DNA from: Pseudomonadales bacterium
GTDB lineage: Bacteria > Pseudomonadota > Gammaproteobacteria > Pseudomonadales > UBA7434
Assembly: GCA_965659815.1 (NCBI GenBank)
Contig: CBFHXO010000002.1
Coordinates: 794 to 64,793, forward strand
DNA length: 64,000 nt
Direction of reading: 5' to 3'
Part shown: piece after piece, positions 56,058 to 64,000 of the stretch
How the letters are laid out: each line of letters opens with the position of its first letter
Numbering within the stretch: position 1 is the stretch's first letter
Notes under the pieces: model-generated
Seen by the model: the letters and a program-made list of their open reading frames with translations, nothing else
What the model was told of the DNA's origin: nothing
The model's database searches: none
Made by a program: the position numbers and the translations under genes

Positions 56058-57410
56058 TTACGACGAGGCTTCGTTGGCAAGCTTGTGCTCAAGGTAGTGA
56101 ATATTAACACCGCCGCAGCGAAACTCGGTATCACGCACCAGCCGCTGGTGCAGCTCAGTATTTGACTTAATGCCATCGAGGACCAGTTCGTCGAGCGCAT
56201 TGGCCATACGGGTTAACGCCGTGTCGCGATCAGGGCCGTAGGAGATGATTTTTGCCACCAGTGAATCGTAGTGGGGGGGTACCGTGTAACCACTATAAAT
56301 GTGGGAGTCGACCCGTATGCCATTACCACCGGGTGCGTGGTAGTGTTTGATTAAACCGGGGCTAGGCATAAAGTTATTGGGGTCTTCGGCGTTAATTCGA
56401 CATTCAAAAGCATGGCCTTTAAATTCGATATCGTCTTGCGTTATTGATAGCTTTTCACCTGAGGCGATCAGTAGCTGCTCTTTAACAATATCGACGCCAG
56501 TGATCATTTCTGACACTGGATGCTCAACCTGAACCCGGGTGTTCATTTCAATAAAGTAAAAACCGCCATCTTCATATAAAAACTCAAAAGTGCCTGCGCC
56601 TCGGTAACCGATTTGAATACAGGCGTTAACACAGGCCTGTGCGACCTCGGCACGCAGGTCTTCGGGTATTAATGGTGCAGGCGCTTCTTCAATAACCTTC
56701 TGGTGACGACGTTGCAGCGAGCAATCGCGATCACCCAGGTGAATGGCTTGGCCCTGACCGTCGGCCAGCACCTGGATTTCTACATGGCGAGGATTGCCAA
56801 GAAATTTTTCCAGATAGACAGTGTCGTCACCAAAGGCGGCTTTCGATTCTGCCTTGGTCAGCGCAATAGAATTGATGAGTTCCGATTCATCCTCAACCAC
56901 GCGCATTCCGCGACCGCCACCACCGGCAGCTGCTTTAATAATCACGGGGTAGCCAATGTCTTTAGCGATGCTCAGCGAGCGGCTTTTATCGTCCGTCAGC
57001 GGGCCATTGGAGCCAGGAACGGTGGGTACGCCGGCCTCTTGCATGGCTTTAATTGCGGCGACCTTATCACCCATAATGCGAATCACGTCGGCGGTGGGGC
57101 CAATAAAAGTAAAGCCGCTTTTTTCTACTTGCTCGGCAAAGTCGGCGTTTTCTGCCAGAAAGCCATAGCCTGGGTGAATACCTTCGGCCTGGGTGACCTC
57201 TGCGGCACTGATAATTGCGTGACTGCTCAGGTAGCTATCGCTGGATGGCGCCGGGCCAATACAAACGGCTTCATCGGCCAGCCGCACGTGCATTAAATCT
57301 GCATCGGCGGTGCTGTGCACGGCAACGGTTTTAATACCCAGCTCGCGACAGGCGCGAAGAATACGTAATGCAATTTCGCCGCGATTGGCGATAACGACTT
57401 TGTTTAACAT
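56058..57410 (-). CDS. accC: Acetyl-CoA carboxylase biotin carboxylase subunit
   Basis: 450 aa, colinear with AccC ([21 protein letters not shown]...). Confidence 0.97.
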   Translation of the reverse strand: MLNKVVIANRGEIALRILRACRELGIKTVAVHSTADADLMHVRLADEAVCIGPAPSSDSYLSSHAIISAAEVTQAEGIHPGYGFLAENADFAEQVEKSGFTFIGPTADVIRIMGDKVAAIKAMQEAGVPTVPGSNGPLTDDKSRSLSIAKDIGYPVIIKAAAGGGGRGMRVVEDESELINSIALTKAESKAAFGDDTVYLEKFLGNPRHVEIQVLADGQGQAIHLGDRDCSLQRRHQKVIEEAPAPLIPEDLRAEVAQACVNACIQIGYRGAGTFEFLYEDGGFYFIEMNTRVQVEHPVSEMITGVDIVKEQLLIASGEKLSITQDDIEFKGHAFECRINAEDPNNFMPSPGLIKHYHAPGGNGIRVDSHIYSGYTVPPHYDSLVAKIISYGPDRDTALTRMANALDELVLDGIKSNTELHQRLVRDTEFRCGGVNIHYLEHKLANEASS

Positions 57411-57472
57411 GTTGATGGACCTTGTGAGTCAAAAGCTTTGCAGGCGCTTTCGTTCAGCAGCCTAAGTAGTAA

Positions 57473-57931
57473 CTATCCAATGATGATAAGCGGCTGGTCG
57501 AATTCGACGGGTTCGCCGTCTTTCACCAAAATGGCTTCAACCGTGCCCGATTGATCGGCTTCGATCTGGTTCATCATTTTCATGGCTTCAACAATACACA
57601 CTACGTCACCTTTGTTAATGGTTTGCCCAACGGTAACAAAGGCTGCCGCATCAGGTGATGGCGATTGGTAAAACGTGCCAACCATGGGCGAGCGCACGGC
57701 GTGACCGGCGGGTGTGTCGTCGGCAGCTGCCGGTGCGGCCGCTGCTGGGGCAGGCGCTGCGGCAACAGGCGCTGCCGGTGCTGGGGCAGGCATTGCTACG
57801 GGAGCAGTAACCATGGCGGTTTGTCCGCCGCGACTAATGCGTACCGATTCTTCACCCTCTTTAATTTCAATTTCCTGAACGTTAGATTCTTCTAACAGTT
57901 CAATTAACTTTTTAACTTTTCTGATATCCAT
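57473..57931 (-). CDS. accB: Acetyl-CoA carboxylase biotin carboxyl carrier protein
   Basis: 152 aa with an Ala/Pro linker and the biotinylation motif EAMKMMN. Confidence 0.95.
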   Translation of the reverse strand: MDIRKVKKLIELLEESNVQEIEIKEGEESVRISRGGQTAMVTAPVAMPAPAPAAPVAAAPAPAAAAPAAADDTPAGHAVRSPMVGTFYQSPSPDAAAFVTVGQTINKGDVVCIVEAMKMMNQIEADQSGTVEAILVKDGEPVEFDQPLIIIG

Positions 57932-58014
57932 AATGCGCTCTCATATAATGGATTTAGCTTTACTAAAATAGTGTTGATAACTGTACTCAATGTTGCTCTG
58001 CGTTAACGCTGCGA

Positions 58015-58452
58015 TCAGCCGGATAATTTGCTGATTGCTGCCGTAAGCGCCAGCGAATAACTTTGTGCGCCCAGCCCCGAGATCACGCCGACCGCAATAT
58101 CGGATAAATACGATTGATGCCTAAAGCTTTCACGGGCATGAATATTTGACAGGTGCACCTCAATAAAGGGTATTTCAACGCCAAGCAGTGCGTCGCGTAG
58201 TGCCACACTGGTATGGGTTAGCGCTGCCGGATTGATGATAATAAAGTCGATTTGGCCGCGGGCGGCATGGATGCGGTCGACCAGCTCGGCTTCGGCATTG
58301 CTTTGCAGGCTGTCTAGCGAGCAGTTGTGCTGTGCCGCTATTTCGTCCAATTGCTGATTAATATCGGCCAATGTGGTATTGCCGTATTGCTCAGGTTCGC
58401 GGGTACCCAATAAATTAAGATTTGGGCCATGCAGCACAAGAATTGTCGACAT
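58015..58452 (-). CDS. aroQ: Type II 3-dehydroquinate dehydratase
   Basis: 145 aa. [21 protein letters not shown] and [13 protein letters not shown] fit the family. Confidence 0.95.
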   Translation of the reverse strand: MSTILVLHGPNLNLLGTREPEQYGNTTLADINQQLDEIAAQHNCSLDSLQSNAEAELVDRIHAARGQIDFIIINPAALTHTSVALRDALLGVEIPFIEVHLSNIHARESFRHQSYLSDIAVGVISGLGAQSYSLALTAAISKLSG

Positions 58453-58652
58453 TGTCTTAAAAAAGCCTCGATCTGCCCGCGCTAGAGTGACTAGCGGCGG
58501 TGTTGGGCGAATGCCAACAGAATGGAGGCAATGCTATGGGGATAGTTATGCTAATGCAAGAAAAACAGTATGGGATGGGCGAAATTAGCGACAAATATCG
58601 CTTTTTAGAGTAATTTTATCGTTGTCGGCCTTGGTCGTTTGTTTAGTCAGGG

Positions 58653-59366
58653 CTAGGGCAGCTTTGTTTTGAGTTTTGTCGCTGTGTTATCGGGTAGGTT
58701 TTCACTGTTGGATTGCCCAGGCGCTGTTTGGCTTGCCAGTACCAGTTGTTTAACCTGTATTGGGTAGCAAAGTCCCGCATCGGCGCAGCCCTGGTATTTG
58801 ACCGTGAGTGTTATTGGGTTGGTTTGTGGGTGGCTGGCCTCAATCGCGGCTGACTCAATGGCTGTTAATGGTAACTTGCCAGTGGCCTGGTAGTAGTAGG
58901 CTTCGACTGGGCCGAAATAATCGTCGATTTTGCGAATACCCTGACTAAACTCCACTTGTTCGGTCAGGGGCTGGACTGCGGTTTCGCTATCGATGGCAAC
59001 AGAAAATGCGTGGCGGTAAAGGTAGTAATCGGGCGCAATCACCCACACCAGTGTCGCGGTATCGCCATCGAGGTTGATGCTAAGTTCGAACGCATCGTCC
59101 ACCGGCAGAAATTCATTGTCGCCGCTCGCGGTGCTGGCTAAATCGCCTTGTTTAAGGCTTGCTCGCTTTAAGCCGTTATCAACCTGGTCGGTGGCTGTTT
59201 CCTGCGGTGCTGGAGCTGCTAAATCGGCTGGCGGTGCATCACCAGCCTGGGTTGGCACGGCCAGCGCCAGCAAAAGCGCAGTCAATAAAGTGCCCGGTGG
59301 GTTGAATAGCGCGAGTTTTCGTGTCAATCGAATGGTCATGCATACATCTCGGGTTTGTGAATTCAC
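58653..59366 (-). CDS. Stand-alone DsbD N-terminal (alpha) domain protein
   Basis: 237 aa (or a start at 59339). Has a signal peptide and an immunoglobulin-like DsbD-alpha region with the redox motif YQGCADAGLCYP. No TM (beta) or thioredoxin (gamma) domain follows. Confidence 0.8.
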   Translation of the reverse strand: MNSQTRDVCMTIRLTRKLALFNPPGTLLTALLLALAVPTQAGDAPPADLAAPAPQETATDQVDNGLKRASLKQGDLASTASGDNEFLPVDDAFELSINLDGDTATLVWVIAPDYYLYRHAFSVAIDSETAVQPLTEQVEFSQGIRKIDDYFGPVEAYYYQATGKLPLTAIESAAIEASHPQTNPITLTVKYQGCADAGLCYPIQVKQLVLASQTAPGQSNSENLPDNTATKLKTKLP

Positions 59367-59444
59367 TTAATGACGCTTGCTTCTATTTAAAACTATAGCC
59401 CCTATAGCTTACACCAGTTCTATAAGGGTGGCTGTGAATGGGGT

Positions 59445-60143
59445 TTGACGTCGGTAAACGGCAATAATTCCATGCCTGCGGTGAGAATCGTCGATCCAGT
59501 CGCGGTCAGTGTTATAGTGGCTGCCTTGGTAGTAACCATTGAACCCCGGTGGTTTATCTACTTTTTATTGCTACTAAGCGGGTATTTAACCGGAGGCCAG
59601 CGCTTGTTTTTTCACCGTTTTACCTTAACAGCTCCCACCATTTTAGTCCCTGTTGCGTCGTTTTTCATTGTGACTTTAACCGTGTTTTTAACAACGCTTT
59701 TAGCTCTGGCGTTGACGATATTTTCCACGCCCAGCGCGAGTGCCGGCGATAGGCCTGCTGCACCCCAGCCGCAAACGCAAACGATAAGCGCCGTTGATGC
59801 GTATTTTCGTTTAATGCCGCCGGGCAAAACCGTATCGGCCGCCTTTATGCAGCTGAAAAATACTGGCAGCAGCGCCGCCACGTTGGTGGCCCTGCGTTCG
59901 CCCAGCGTTGAGCGCGTCGAGCTACATGAGCACAGCCATGCCAACGGCATGATGCAAATGCGCAAAGTCGATAAGCTCAGCATCGCGGCAGGAGAGACGC
60001 TTGAGCTAAAGCCGGGTGGTTACCATATAATGTTGTTTGGCATGCCGCAGGGGTTAACGGAAGAAGACCGCATTGATATCGAGCTGGTATTTGAATCCGG
60101 AGAATCACTGTTTATTAACGCCAGTGCACGTTCACTAAAATAA
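59445..60143 (+). CDS. Copper chaperone PCu(A)C (DUF461), possibly with an N-terminal three-helix membrane extension
   Basis: The C-terminal 150 aa match PCuAC (AYFRLMPPG...SAAFMQLKN...ELHEH...MMQMRKV...GGYHIMLFG). Alternative starts are the ATG at 59472 and the GTG at 59670; the latter gives a conventional 157-aa form. Confidence 0.75.
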   Translation: MTSVNGNNSMPAVRIVDPVAVSVIVAALVVTIEPRWFIYFLLLLSGYLTGGQRLFFHRFTLTAPTILVPVASFFIVTLTVFLTTLLALALTIFSTPSASAGDRPAAPQPQTQTISAVDAYFRLMPPGKTVSAAFMQLKNTGSSAATLVALRSPSVERVELHEHSHANGMMQMRKVDKLSIAAGETLELKPGGYHIMLFGMPQGLTEEDRIDIELVFESGESLFINASARSLK

Positions 60144-60207
60144 CGCTTTTTATTAGTCGATTTGCATTATTTATTAGTCAAATTGCAGTAACACTCGAGA
60201 GTGACCC

Positions 60208-61251
60208 ATGGATACCCGTGATCGAATTAGCATGACCCGAGAGAATATTGGCGATTGGTGGGCTAGCGGGTTTCTTGCGCGCACCTTGGTCATTGTGCTG
60301 TTGGTTTATTTGCTGGCCTGTATTGTGCTGGGGTTTATCTGGTCAAACGAGCCCGATACTTTTGATGTGGCTGAGCGGGTCGCTTCGCATAATGCTAGTG
60401 AGCGGCGGGGTACGGTTACGGGTACTGCTACCACGGTCGCACTCATTGAGGTGGCGACTATTATGCTGGATAAGCCTGGAGGCTTTTTATCTAACGATAT
60501 TGTGCCGCCGGGTGCCGTGCTCGACAATGTGCCCAACTGGGAGTTTGGTGTACTGGTACAGGTGCGCGATTTATCGCGATCAATGCGTGAAAGCTTCAGC
60601 CGCTCGCAATCGCAATCGACCGAAGATGTGGACCTGGTCATTGCCGAGCCGCGTTTTCACTTTGATAACGAGAGCTGGATACTACCGCGCTCTGAAGATG
60701 AGTATCGCGAGGGAATTAATTACGCTCGCGCTTACCTGCTGCGCTTATCCGACCCCAATCAAAGTGCCTCGCAGTTTTACTCGCGTGCCGATAATTTAAA
60801 TAGCTGGCTGGCCAACGTCGAAACCCGACTGGGCAGTTTGTCGCAACGTTTAAGTGCAAGCGTTGGGCAAAAGCGTCTTAATATTGATTTGGCCGGTGAT
60901 GCACAGGCGGGCCAGTCGACCTCAGCGCCGTCGGAATTAGAAGTTAAAACCCCCTGGAATGAAATCGATGATGTGCTCTATGAAGCCCGCGGTACCACCT
61001 GGGCGTTGATTCACTTTTTGCGGGCAATCGAAATTGACTTTGCCGATGTGTTAGAAAAGAAAAATGCCCGGGTCAGCTTGCAGCAGATTATTCGTGAATT
61101 GGAGGCAACTCAACAAACTATTTGGAGCCCGGTGGTGCTTAACGGCAGTGGCTTTGGCCTGTTTGCCAACCATTCGCTGGTCATGGCCTCGTATATCGCG
61201 CGTGCCAATGCCGGAATTATTGATTTACGTGAATTGCTCTCTAAGGGCTAA
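60208..61251 (+). CDS. DUF2333 family protein
   Basis: 347 aa with an N-terminal anchor (TLVIVLLVYLLACIVLGFIW). Matches my recollection of DUF2333. Confidence 0.7.
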   Translation: MDTRDRISMTRENIGDWWASGFLARTLVIVLLVYLLACIVLGFIWSNEPDTFDVAERVASHNASERRGTVTGTATTVALIEVATIMLDKPGGFLSNDIVPPGAVLDNVPNWEFGVLVQVRDLSRSMRESFSRSQSQSTEDVDLVIAEPRFHFDNESWILPRSEDEYREGINYARAYLLRLSDPNQSASQFYSRADNLNSWLANVETRLGSLSQRLSASVGQKRLNIDLAGDAQAGQSTSAPSELEVKTPWNEIDDVLYEARGTTWALIHFLRAIEIDFADVLEKKNARVSLQQIIRELEATQQTIWSPVVLNGSGFGLFANHSLVMASYIARANAGIIDLRELLSKG

Positions 61252-61548
61252 CTACCTGGTAGCAAAGGTGAAAACTACATTCCCCACGCCCGGCGGGCAT
61301 ATACGGGGTAACCGGCCAGCATCTTTACTCATCATTACTGCTTACACAGCTGTATAGCGGCGTTTATTCGGGTAGAATTAGCGCCCGCTGGTGTTCTGGC
61401 CGAAAAAACCGGTGAACTGGCGGAGTAAAAAATATAAAAATAAGGTTTAAGCCATCGCTTAAAACGCGTATTTCAAACAGTGTTTCAGCTAATAGTTTTA
61501 AACTTATATCGATTAACACGCACCGTTAAACAAAAAGAGAATTTTTCC

Positions 61549-62604
61549 GTGAACCACCAAACTGATGATGTACGAATAGACCAAATAATGGAACTGCTGC
61601 CACCGGTGGCGCTTATGGAGCGCTATCCGGTATCGGAGACAGCTTCTAACACAGTTGTCAAATCGCGCGAGGCTATCCATAAAATTCTTGTCGGCGAGGA
61701 TGACCGTTTGCTGGTGGTGGTAGGCCCTTGTTCTATTCATGATGTTGCTGCTGCTAAAGAATACGCAGGCAAGCTAAAAGCCTTGCGAGAAAAGCATGCA
61801 GGCGAGCTTGAGGTTGTGATGCGGGTTTACTTTGAAAAGCCACGCACTACAGTCGGTTGGAAAGGCCTAGTTAACGACCCTTATATGGATGGTAGCTTTA
61901 AAATTAATGACGGCTTGCGTATTGCGCGCGAGTTGCTTTGCTATTTAAATGATGCTGGTTTGCCCACGGCGGGAGAATTTCTCGATGTGATTTCACCGCA
62001 ATATGTTGCTGACTTAATGAGTTGGGGGGCTATCGGTGCGCGCACCACCGAGTCACAAATTCACCGCGAGTTATCGTCGGGTCTTTCTTGCCCGGTGGGT
62101 TTTAAAAACGGCACAAACGGTAGTATTAAAATTGCGATCGATGGTATTGGCGCTGCCAATAATCCACACCACTTTTTATCGGTAACCAAATTTGGTCACT
62201 CGGCCATTGTGGCAACCAAAGGCAATGAAGACTGCCATGTGATTTTACGTGGTGGCACCGAGCCTAACTACAGTGCCGAGCATGTTAATACGGCATCTGA
62301 GCAACTCGCCAAAGCCGGTGTTAACAATAAAGTGATGGTTGATTTTAGTCATGCTAACAGTGCCAAGCAGTTTAAACGTCAGTTAGATGTGAGCACGGAT
62401 ATTGCCGGACAAATTGCCGGAGGAAGCCAGGCGCTATTTGGCGTGATGATTGAAAGTCATTTGGTTGAAGGGAATCAAAAAGTGGTTGAGGGTCAGCCTC
62501 TCGCTTACGGGCAAAGTATTACCGATGCCTGTATTGGTTGGAACGATACCGAAATCGTATTGGCGCAATTGGCGGATGCGGTTACAGCGCGAAGAAAGGG
62601 TTAG
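61549..62604 (+). CDS. aroG: Class I 3-deoxy-7-phosphoheptulonate (DAHP) synthase, AroG-like
   Basis: The GTG start at 61549 gives MNHQTDDVRIDQIMELLPPVALMERYPVSE, colinear with the E. coli AroG N-terminus. Also has GPCSIHD and KPRTTVGWKGL. Which feedback-specificity isoenzyme this is cannot be decided. Confidence 0.93.
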   Translation: MNHQTDDVRIDQIMELLPPVALMERYPVSETASNTVVKSREAIHKILVGEDDRLLVVVGPCSIHDVAAAKEYAGKLKALREKHAGELEVVMRVYFEKPRTTVGWKGLVNDPYMDGSFKINDGLRIARELLCYLNDAGLPTAGEFLDVISPQYVADLMSWGAIGARTTESQIHRELSSGLSCPVGFKNGTNGSIKIAIDGIGAANNPHHFLSVTKFGHSAIVATKGNEDCHVILRGGTEPNYSAEHVNTASEQLAKAGVNNKVMVDFSHANSAKQFKRQLDVSTDIAGQIAGGSQALFGVMIESHLVEGNQKVVEGQPLAYGQSITDACIGWNDTEIVLAQLADAVTARRKG

Positions 62605-62669
62605 AGTCGGCGCGAAGAAATGCAAAGCGCTTAAAAAGCTTACCACCTAGCTAAGGCAATAAAAATATT

Positions 62670-63431
62670 ATGGCTAAATTTGTAGATAAAGTGGTTCTAG
62701 TTACCGGTGGAAGTCGTGGTTTGGGTAAGGCAATGTCGCTGGGTTTTGCCAGCGAAGGCGCCAAAGTCATTATCGTCAGCCGCAAGCAGCAAAATTGCAC
62801 CGAGCTTGCCGAGCAAATTATTCAACAGGGCGGCCAGGCCGAGGGTATTGCTGCCAATGCCGGCAAAACCGAAGATATTGACCAGCTGGTTGAGCAGGTT
62901 AGTGCCAAATACGGTGCGGTGGATATTCTGGTTAATAACGCCGGTACCAATATTGCCTTTGGTGGCCTTAAGGATTTGACACCAGAACAGTTCGACAAAA
63001 TGTACCAGATTAATTTGCGCGGCCCTTGGTATTTGGCATCGCGACTGGCACCGGCCATGATTGAAAACGGCGGTGGCTCCATTATTAATATTATTACCGT
63101 CGGTGCATTGCGACCGCCGGCGTTTAACGGTTTTTACGCGGCAACAAAATCGGGGCTGGAAGCTTTAACCAAAGTGATGGCACAAGAGTGGGCGGCATCG
63201 GGTATCCGCGTTAACGCGATTGCGCCGGGGCCTTATCGTTCGGATTTGGTTGATGCCAGCATTGCTTCAATACCGGGATTTGAAGATGGTATGCGCGACT
63301 CAACCTTATTGAAACGTATTGCCGAAAGCGAAGAAATTCTAAATCCGGTGTTTTATTTGGCTTCTGAGTCCAACACCACCGGCATTACACTGGTTGCCGA
63401 TGGTGGATTTTTAGCGAATGCTGGTCCTTAA
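62670..63431 (+). CDS. SDR family oxidoreductase
   Basis: 253 aa with TGGSRGLG, NNAG and YAATKSGL (YxxxK). Confidence 0.9.
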   Translation: MAKFVDKVVLVTGGSRGLGKAMSLGFASEGAKVIIVSRKQQNCTELAEQIIQQGGQAEGIAANAGKTEDIDQLVEQVSAKYGAVDILVNNAGTNIAFGGLKDLTPEQFDKMYQINLRGPWYLASRLAPAMIENGGGSIINIITVGALRPPAFNGFYAATKSGLEALTKVMAQEWAASGIRVNAIAPGPYRSDLVDASIASIPGFEDGMRDSTLLKRIAESEEILNPVFYLASESNTTGITLVADGGFLANAGP

Positions 63432-63511
63432 GCGTTGCCTTAACTGTCGCCACATAATAAGCGTTGGCTATTCAAATTTTTTCTTTTATGCTTCCTTGCG
63501 GTGTTATTTTG

Positions 63512-64000
63512 CTAAACCTCTATTGCCGCATAACCAAACGAATCATCCGACGCCAGCAGTTTGCCCAGTGCTGCTAACTGGTGTGAGCCATTGCCCAGCG
63601 AATAACTTAACTGCTTAGCCCACAAATAAAAGCGGTGAATGGGATATTCGACATCAGCGCCAATACCCGCATGCAAATGTTGTGCAGTATGGATAACGCG
63701 GTGTGCACCTTCACAGGCCCACCATTTTGCCGCGCGCACTTCTGCCTCGGCGGGCAGCCCCTGACTGAGTCGCCACAATGCTAACCAATAAGTTGAGCGA
63801 ATGGCTTCAACATCGATATAGCTGTCGGCCATGCGCATCGCCAGTGCCTGGAAGCTACCAATAGGCACACCAAACTGCTCGCGTTCGCTGGTATAAGCGG
63901 CTGTGCGTTTCATTGCTTCTTCGGTAATGCCGGTTTGCAGTGCGCACTGTGCAACATTGGCGTATTGCTCAAGCCAGTGAACAATTTCATCACCCTGACC
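63512..64000 (-). CDS. Acyl-CoA dehydrogenase, C-terminal part (5' end outside window)
   Basis: The frame is open to the window edge. ...YTSEREQFGVPIGSFQALAMRMAD... is the ACAD C-terminal helical domain signature. Confidence 0.85.
   Translation of the reverse strand, partial: GQGDEIVHWLEQYANVAQCALQTGITEEAMKRTAAYTSEREQFGVPIGSFQALAMRMADSYIDVEAIRSTYWLALWRLSQGLPAEAEVRAAKWWACEGAHRVIHTAQHLHAGIGADVEYPIHRFYLWAKQLSYSLGNGSHQLAALGKLLASDDSFGYAAIEV

Noticed and set aside
56703-57296. 197-aa ORF on the plus strand.
   Set aside because: Antisense shadow of accC, with no motif. The same reasoning applies to 50482-51045 (antisense to purH), 42301-42888 (antisense to the sulfatase), 44870-45406 (antisense to the parvulin-like gene) and 55010-55543 (antisense to prmA).
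60248-60799. 183-aa ORF in an alternative plus-strand frame.
   Set aside because: It is nested out of frame inside the DUF2333 gene. It is Cys/Arg/Trp-rich nonsense, whereas the DUF2333 frame has a coherent anchor and soluble domain.
1-64000. Window-wide search for CRISPR arrays, IS elements, integrases, prophage genes, toxin-antitoxin pairs, defence-type ATPases or nucleases, tRNA and rRNA.
   Set aside because: None recognised. There are no regularly spaced 25-40-bp repeats, no transposase, recombinase or nuclease motifs in any ORF, and no tRNA cloverleaf. A repeat finder, tRNAscan-SE and DefenseFinder or PADLOC runs would be the definitive checks.

Overview
This is a chromosomal, mostly housekeeping stretch of a gammaproteobacterium of roughly 50% GC. 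Gene order resembles Pseudomonas, from my memory of the PAO1 map: psd-rhdA-rsgA/orn, ubiD-rho-trxA, algQ-dsbB, and aroQ-accB-accC-prmA-dusB-fis-purH-purD-retS. I support about 65 CDSs. I recognise no rRNA, tRNA, CRISPR array, transposase, integrase, phage gene or obvious defence module. Family names come from motif recognition in the supplied translations; no database search was run.

The accessory-looking parts are:
- 0.1-11.5 kb: a TetR-linked orphan catabolic cluster with four SDRs plus one SDR remnant, three NTF2/SnoaL-like proteins, two VOC proteins, an HSL-type esterase, a KstD-like flavoprotein and two proteins of unknown function.
- 15.1-16.9 kb: a translationally coupled Rieske oxygenase and FAH pair.
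- 23.4-25.5 kb: a DedA/TVP38 membrane domain fused to a CxxxxC flavoprotein disulfide reductase.
- 27.0-28.1 kb: two back-to-back sigma32-type promoters. One serves hsp20; the other points into about 1 kb with no ORF of 60 aa or more. That stretch contains 16-bp-phased direct repeats, a stop-interrupted small hydrophobic frame and a C9 tract.
- 41.7-48.4 kb: a sulfatase, a coupled HupE-like/parvulin-like pair, and a RetS-like hybrid kinase with a degenerate ATPase domain.
- 58.6-60.1 kb: a stand-alone DsbD alpha domain where Pseudomonas has full-length dsbD, divergent from a PCuAC copper chaperone that may carry an N-terminal membrane extension.

I did not find a clear, self-contained novel multi-gene system. 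The orphan heat-shock promoter locus is the least explained signal.
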